Made by a program: the position numbers and the translations under genes. 64,000 bases of DNA, from positions 496,001-560,000 of the forward strand of contig NW_020846941.1 in the NCBI RefSeq assembly GCF_003704095.1, written 5' to 3'. Numbering within the stretch: position 1 is the first letter of the stretch; every line of letters starts with the position of its first letter. This DNA comes from Pocillopora damicornis (lineage: Eukaryota). The notes beneath the pieces are model-generated. The model saw nothing but the letters and a program-made list of their open reading frames with translations, was not told the origin of the DNA and searched no databases. Shown here piece by piece: positions 30,301 through 39,300 of this stretch.

Positions 30301-33300
30301 AAGGTAAATATATATTAGGGCTGTTTCATCATTGAGCTTATTAGGTAGCAATAAACCTCAAACAGCAAATAGTATAAATGTGGCAGTCAGTTATGCTGTA
30401 TTTTTGAGCCTGCTCTGAGCACTTATTTTGTCATGGGCAAAGTAAATATTAGTCTCTCCATTCAAAGTTCCTTCCTGTGCCTTTCCAACCCCTTTCCAAC
30501 CCCTTCAGTTTCTCACAAATATGACAGCATGAAGATTCCTAGGCAATTCTGTGCAAGGCTCATGGCTAGGTTGTGAGATATCCTGTGCAGCCATACATTG
30601 AATAGTTTAGTGTCTTAGGACATTGGAAAAACCAGAAGCCCAAGAACATCTCAGGCATTTTTTAGGATGAACCAGGTGTTAATTAATTTTACATGTTGTC
30701 CAATACATACTTGAGTCATAGTTGCAAGGTCCATCTGTCATAGAAATATCATCCAAAGCAATGTCTCCTTGGTAACTTTTGCCAACTGAAGCAGACATTA
30801 CAATCTGTAAAGAAATGCAGGGTTGCAGAAAATAAAGGTTTTTACTTTTTTTCTTTCTGCTTACTTATCACCTACAGTTAGTGTTTCACACCACTTTTAT
30901 GTTTTTTTGTGTCGTTCACTAAAACTGTTATCTACAATACCATTATTTTGTTCCATTCCACTCCAATACATAGGCTCCTTTCATTACTAGAAATAACAGA
31001 TCTCACAAAATGCCCCAAAGAATTGCACAGTTTTAAAATGAATATTTGACTTCAAGTTTACCTTAAAATGATCTCTACTGGTCACAGTTGCTTGGCCTTG
31101 AATCCATTTGTCTCCCCGTGTTCCTGTCTTAGACCACAACATTGAATCATGGGCACCTGTCCTGACGTAAACACTAAGGGTATTGATGTCTGCTCCATAC
31201 ATGTGATACCAAAATGACAAGCACTTTCCTTTGCTAGCAGTAGTTCCTGGAATAGAACTACTAATAAGCCTTGCTGTATCATTCATCTTTCTTGGCCAAG
31301 ATGTTTCAATGTAAACGTACCAGCCATTACCTGCAAACCAGTTCACCAAAAGAATGTCAGCAAAACTAAGGAAAGACACAATAAGTAATCGCTATCTCTC
31401 ACCAACAAGTGGACATCAGGGCAGATGTCTTGCCAATGTCAAAGTAAATTCTAAGTAACAAGTACCTGGTGGAAGTGAAACATTTCATTATTTTATTGTT
31501 TAAAAGTAGCATCACTGTTATCACATTACTAACCATTTCCTTTCGTATGGTCAGCAGAGGGGCCTGTTGATGATGATGCAGTAGAGCCTGCTCTCCTTGT
31601 CCAGTCAAACTGGTCTGTTTTGTCTTGTGTCCAGGTACAAATGTCTGATTCAAAGTCACAGTTTATGCCACCACTTGCTGCAGAGAACATTTTATACACA
31701 TAAGTAAGGAACTTCAGAAAAAACTGATAATATGATTTGAGTTCAATATGCTATATGAGTTTGGTCACTAAATAGCCTACCGGGCACAATATACTTATAC
31801 AGAATAGCAGACAGGGACATAGTTTCAACTCTACAGCCAAAAAACAAACACATATTGTGTGGGAAGGAAAGAAATGCTTCTACATTGATAACCTAAGATA
31901 ATAAAAAGTTCATTGTTTACATCAAGTTTACAGCTGTGAGCAAAAAGAGTTTCTTGCAGCTCTTGTAGTCAGATCAGCATAATAAAAAATTGTTGCATAT
32001 TTGAACATGATACTGCAAAGAGATTCCTACAACCTCCAAGACCCAACCTTAGGCAAATTGCCATTAACTCCCAAAGGTTGCCAAACTTACAAGCATTACA
32101 AGACTCTTCCATTTGCATTATTTGATTTTGAGTTTTATTGCATGATAGAATGTTACTCCACAAAAAAGGCACTTAAGAAAGTACACAAGAAGGTAACTTA
32201 CGAATAGGCGTTGTTGTGGCTGATGAAGTTGTTGGAGCTGCAGTGGTAACATAGTTTGGAGCAGCTGCTGTCGGACTCAGTTGACAATTGATTCCTGGAA
32301 GGAACCTAAAGTCATCAATGGCTATATCTCCTTGATAACTAGTTCCCCTGATACCTTCAGCAATGATCTGTTGTGTGTATCAAAAAAAAATTAAAGCTCA
32401 TCAGTACTGGCAGGGATGTGCTAATCTATCAAAGCCTGAATGTCACAAGAAAGTGGCTCTTGTCTTTGGGTAACTTGCTAAATTTAACCTTCATGAAAGC
32501 TTCCAATTCTTAAAACTACTAGGAACTGATAAATGCTTTACTTTTCTTATTACATTATCTGATTCTTTCTCAATCAAACTAGAGAATTTAGTGAACAAAT
32601 AAGAAAACACCCTCTGGCTGATTTTCTGGTTTATTCACATCACCCACTAGTTGACACTAGTACAAAATTGAGAGCTTCAGCTGTATTCACCCCAGATCTC
32701 AAACAAAAGAGCCCCTTCAGGTCTCTTATAATTAAACTGAGGGAGCTTTGACTGGCAAACACTATAACCCTTAGAAGTAACAAATACATGTACAGCCACT
32801 TATTACAAGCAATAACACATTCTCATTAGACAAGTGACACTCAGTAAAGCCCTAACCATTGTTCTGTTTGTTTATAGAAAATTTACCAAATCTTCTGTAT
32901 TCCTTGTTTTAAATTGTGCTTTTGTCAGTCTATTCAAAAGTTGTTATCATACATTACCAAATCAAACCTCAGAAGGAAAAAAAATATAATAAGGGAAAAA
33001 AAAGACTCTTCTAGACAAAAACATTTACATGACTGACATATTGGTTGAAACTGCCTTCAAGCAGAATCTTAATTTGCTTCCCAAGGCTGGTAATTATAAC
33101 ATTATTGCAGGCTGCTAGTAAAAGGGGGCTGACAATGTTTGGCTACCTTATATTTAGCTTGATTTCCAACTGGCACTTGTCCATTAAACCATTGTCTTCC
33201 TTTATTTCCTGAGAGGGTCCAGATGAGTGTTTCAGTATTACCAACTACTTGGTAAAGATTGAGGGAGCCAATGCTTGAACCATACATGTGATACCAGAAA

Positions 33301-36300
33301 GTAAAGCAGTTCTTGGAGGCCGTTCCATTAAACTGTGTACTGACTAATCTTGCTTTGTCACCTTGTTTTCTAGGACTTGATGTCTCAATGAAGGCGTAGG
33401 CACCTAATGACGAGAAAGAAGAAAAAGCAAAGAAAGAAAAAGAATTGTTTCCTTGCATAATTTTACTTTTGTTCTCACCAAATAGGTGGGAATAAATGGG
33501 AAAGGTTTAAAGGACTATGACACACTTGTATCTACTTTCTACAGTAACTATAGCCTTGTACCTTGAGAAGAACCCAGGCGATCTGTATCAGGACCTGTAA
33601 AGAAACTTGGTGTTTGTCCTGATCCCCTGATCCAATTAAAATCATCACCAGCCATGTTACTCCAAGTACAGAAGTCATTCTGGAAATTGCAGTCCCCTAC
33701 AGTGAAGATCAAAGTAACTCAGGACTTTATTCTATGCTATGTATGGAGCCAAGGTTGATTGTATGAAGTTGTAGCATGTTTTAATGTTACAACCCTTGTT
33801 TTATGACATATGAAGAACTAATTTAAAGTTTTGCCTTTGTTTTTTGCCTCTTGTCTATGAGTGGTAATTAACGCAGTTAACCTTCTGTCAGAAAAATTGC
33901 AGATTTCTGTACTGAGCAATTCCTAATCATAGACCAATCCATCTTTTAAGTATGCCATAAGCCATGATACAGGAAAAAAGAGGTACACTAACCAGGATTT
34001 GGACAGTGGCCTGAAGACATGGAAATATCGTCAATAGCAATGTCACTTCTGGCACCACTTCCTCTTACTCCTTCAAAAACAACCTGTAATACCAAAAGAA
34101 ATTATCAACATGCTTAAAATTGTCTTATCTGCCAGTGAAAGGGTTAAGAGGCAAGTTTTTTAACAGTGAAAAAAATGTAAGCAATCATAGTCAAATGAAT
34201 GCGAAACCAATATATAATAAGAAAAGAACTTCTGTCAGTAAGTCAAAAGTAAGGTTAATGACAAACTCATAACTTAGTTGCAATTTTCCCACAGTTTTTG
34301 GGAGTGGAGAAGTAAATCACATATTTAACATAGCAAGTAGCAAATATCATAAGTTTTTCATAATTACATCTAGTTTGTGGTTTTGTGGTTTGCTCTTAGT
34401 AAAAAAAAAAATTATCTCAAATGTAATTCATCAGAATGAAACAATAATTGTTGTCAGTGCTAATCATGACAGCTTGTTCCCAAAGTATTTCAGGCATCCA
34501 CAATTATTTGCAGATGATTGGAGTAAAAAGAAAAAGTACCTTAGTTTGTCTTGGCAAAGTAAGTTTAGAGGCAAGTACCATTAACACTTTCACTCCCAGA
34601 AGTGATGGACATAAATTTAAACCTCTCCCTACAATATCCATACTTTCTTCAGCAAACAAGTGATGAGAATATTCAAACTTATCCGGTAGAAGCTGCTATC
34701 TTGATCTAGCACCAAGTTCTCATAACTAATTTACAAGGAAATGTGTAGCAGCTACAGGGGAGAATAAAACCATCAGATCTTGGGAGTTGAAAGGTTAATG
34801 ATAACAATACATTTTAATTCATGGAAACAGCTGGTGACCTGACAACACTACAATCTGTGGTTCTAAAGTTTCAAACACTGTTGAGAGCTAAGATTACCAA
34901 ACTTACAGTAAATTGGGCTGTACTGTTGAGTGTGACACGTCCTTTTAGCCAAGTCCTCTGAACACCCTGGTCACCTGAGACAGTCCAAATTGCACTTCCA
35001 AGACTATTTCCAACTTTCTGATAGACATTGAGTGTACCAAGGCTTGAACCATACATCATGTACCAAAACTGAAAGCAACTTTCTGTGACTGTAGCCTTCT
35101 TGTATGTTCTCATTATCCTGGCCTTATCACCATTGCTCTGGTTTGAAGCTTCAAGTAACATATAATAACCTGCAGAGAAACAAAAGAAAAGTTACCAAGT
35201 AAGCATTTTACACTTACCACATTGACAGCATTAGAAAAGATGCTGCCATATTGTTTGCAACCAAGCCCGGGCTGAATCACACTTTTAAGGCTATTGGGCA
35301 ACATACTCGTACAGAAGCCATCTCCACCCTGGAACAGAATCTGAAAATTGCAACCAGCTGCTCAACAATGTGACTGAGTCACTTCACTGTTGGTAACTAA
35401 ATTCTAAAAGTTGTCTCCAGCAGGTAATTTATTTGAAGTCTCATCAACCTTCTTAATGTGAAACAACACACAAGGAATGACACGACACCAATAAACAATA
35501 GTAAATGACAGGAAAACCCTCACCAAGGTGATTGAGCAATCAACTGATTCTCCCATGCAGGTTTGAAAAATTTAGTTATCATAAGGTTTCACTGAACAGA
35601 ATATTTTGGGAACTTACCAAGAATAAGCCTAGGTGATAATCAAAATTACCAAGAAATCATCAATATCATCAGCAGTTTATCTTATTAGCAATCAATTAAA
35701 TCATAAAAAAATAAAACCTTACCCAATATAGATCCATATGAGTGGTCAACAGTTGGTCCTGTTCCTGGAGTGGGTGTGGAACCCTTAGTTCGTACCCAGT
35801 CAAAGTTATCTGTGTTGTCCTGTGTAAAGCTACAGCTATCATCTTGAAAGTTACATGGGTCACCTAGGAATAAAAAAAGAAACAAAAGTAGTGATCTACA
35901 TCTCTACCTGCACTTTTGCTGCCACTTGCACATGGTACGTAAGGCCTGAATGCTTTAACATGAACAAAAATTGACTTCACTTAATATTTAATGACTGCAT
36001 GCCTCTTAAAACAGTGAATAATCTCTCTCTCTCTTGCAGGACCTCCTCAACTTCTACCTCAGGGATCTGGTTCAAGCACTGTAGTGCCCCAAGCTCACTT
36101 CTCTACCTCTTTTTTTTTGGCCACCAAAACTTATGAAATAACCCCTAAAAAATGTTATATTAATTGAATGCAAAAACAGCATGATACCACCACATCCCTG
36201 GTATTTGAATGGACCAACACATTGGCATCCCAACTACTATGAACACATTCAGAGAGGCACATTAGACCACTAGGCTTAATTCTTGAGAAAGCAAGTTGGA

Positions 36301-39300
36301 AGACACAATATTATCAGGAAACAGACAGTACATCAAACAGTGTCCCATAACAGCCCCGTAAGCTATTATCTTATCTGAAGGAGTGAAAAGACTCATAGCC
36401 ATGTTCTATACTACTAAGAACAAGCATCTAAGATTTTCCACAAGTTGTTTTTTTTCCAGGAAGTGTACACATTTTGTCTACAAATAACACTCACCAGAGT
36501 AATCACATGATCCAGTTGCCAACTGAATGTCATCCAAAGCAATGTCTCCTTTATCATTCCCTTCTGCTGTTCCTTCAAAAACCAGCTAGAAAAGGCAAGA
36601 AAAAACATTGATCAAATTACACTCAGCCACATGAAAATAAAGACAATATTATTATGTTCTATCTTTTTTTACAAATATGATCAGAAAATTGCCATACCCT
36701 TATTATCTGGCTAAAAAACAGATTCACAATATATAACCAGAAAAACTTTAATTTCTAAATAAATTAACTTTCTATAGTTTGTACAAAATTATATGATAAA
36801 GACTTAACACATTATTGATACCTAATTCATTAGCCTATAAATGAAATCAAAGATGTTTGTTTTAAAAACTGTTGGCAAGTTATTGTGCACATCCATCCTT
36901 ACCTTAAAACTTCCTATCCTTGCCTTTTAAAATTCCTGGAAAAAGGAATTCCTTTTTTTTTCCATGCTCAAGCATGGAAAAAAGGCCAATGTTATGAAAG
37001 CCAATGTTATGAAAGCCAATGTTATGAAAGCCAATGTTATGAAAGCCAATAGGAAAAAACTTACAGAATAAGACTGGCTCATTACAACATCAACTTTGGC
37101 CAGCTTCCACTTGTTTCCTTGTGTACCATTCTTTGACCAGATAGGAAATCCCAAAGATGTTGTGTTAGCATACACATTAAGTGATGCTATGTGAGGCCCA
37201 TACATGTGATACCAAAACTTCAAGCACTTAGTGGTTTTTTGGGACACAGAAACCAATGGGCTTGAGATGCGGGCAATATCTCCACTCTGCTTCCCATTCA
37301 CCTCAACATACATATATCGACCTGCAAGAAACATACAAGAAGGCAAATGTAATTAGTCAATTAACCTTTCAAGGCTGCTAATATGTTTGGTGAAAAGTGA
37401 ATATTTGGCTGAGAAGCAAAGCCTCAGTGGCAAATGTGAAATTTTTAGGACAATCTCTCAGCCAAGGATGTTATCAGCCAACATACAAGCAAGCCAGGAG
37501 GGGGTTTATTCATTTTATAACCCTCCCAATAATTTTCATGCCATGCTTTGACAGCAGAATTTTGTTGAATTTTTTCTGGAGCAGTATTTGATGTCAGCTT
37601 TTCAATGTCACTAACACTGAACTCTACAAAACAAGTGCATTTTGGTTTTCTTCCATGTTAAGTAATAAAGATGAAAATGAGAAGCTCTTGAGCTGGCTTC
37701 TCGAGTTGGCTTCTTCCCCTGGCTTTGATTTGTTTGTTTTTTCAATGGAAATAGTGGGAGGTTATTGTAAGATAACTGTACCATGATCTTGTGCCGTGTG
37801 ATAAGTGAGTTATAATACAAAATNNNNNNNNNNCCCTCAGGTCAAGAACACAGACCTCTCTCCTGGCATCCAATGCACTGACTGTTTTGCCACTGTCTCT
37901 CATACAACCCAGCCACAATTAAATGATGCACATTTTACCTGTAAACAAGAACACAGATGTTGTATTGGTGTTCTGAGTACCAAGACCTTGTGATCCACAG
38001 CTAAAAGAAGGTCCATGTGTATTGTATCGCAGATCAGCCTCTTCATCCGCGTAGCAACGGTAATAAGAACCATAATTCCTGATACCAATGCCTTGAAGGT
38101 TTTTTTTATTTTTTTTTTTATATGCCTTTGCTTCAGTAATGCACTGTTGGATAACATTTGTTCCCCTGACTGTACCAGGTAGGGTAACTCTAAAGATATG
38201 GTTTCCATTGTATGTTAGATAGCAGCCCAATGAATAAACACCTGAAAGAAGAAATGGAAAAATTAAAACCTGTCATATCAAATTCTTGTTAAATTCCTTT
38301 CTAGGGAATTTAGCCTGACACCCTTTCGAAATATTTCTTTTTCTAATTACTCAGCTGCCTCACATAAAGGTGAGGTACAGACACCTTTCTGAAACAGACA
38401 TTTAGTGTCAGTCTTGAACATCTTTTTCTAAGAGAGTTTCAAGTCATGGTCACTCACCATCCGGGACACAATTTCCCCATTTACGATCTTTGTTATAATC
38501 ACTTGTGGTAGCACACCAAAGGAGAGAGTGAGCTACGGCTGTACATTGGCTATAATTTCCGGTAAGATATCTGAATGGAAACACACAATCTGCACCATTG
38601 GAGTTACCACCAATAGTTTTTACTGAAAAAATAGAGAAAGAAACATTATTTAGACATGTATATAATTATTAATAAATACATATATATCTATATTGGAAGT
38701 CTGTGTTTTGATTTTTCTGTTGTACAATGCTTGATACCTAGAAGTAGAGCACAATAAATATTGAGATAGGGAAAAATTTTTAAGTAGTTTGAAAGTATTA
38801 CTTCATTAACTCCCCAGATCTGTATCCATACTCCCTCTTTTCCCATTTGTTCCTTGGGAGATTCTGCCTCCAACAAGACTATTGGAAGTTCTAGATTCTT
38901 GCATTTGCACATTTTTTGAGCTTTATGTAGCATTGAAGTTGTTCTCATCAAATATTTTCAAACACTTTGGCCTTTTCTCAGGAGAATTTTTTCGGCATGC
39001 AAGTAATAAAATGACATTTGAGAAATTGTTATTTGAAGTTAAGCTACACCTCCTTACAAGCTGATACATCTTTCCACTACCAACCTGCTGTTAAAACCAT
39101 TCTTACTGTCACTATAAACACAACCATTAACATAGGAAAATAGGGTTTAAAAGAAATCAGTTTATAGGTTTATTACTAACTAACAAAGTACAGTTGTGCT
39201 AAAACTGACTCAGTGCTCACCTTTATCGGATTTTGGTGTATGATCTTTGGCAGGTCCTGTGCTTTTGGTATCTGTAGCACCATGATACCACCTCCAATCA

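Noticed and set aside
36927-37064. Hydrophobic (LAFIT)n extension suggesting a transmembrane isoform
   Set aside because: It is read-through of a 15-bp intronic minisatellite past a canonical GTAAGT donor and would truncate MAM1.
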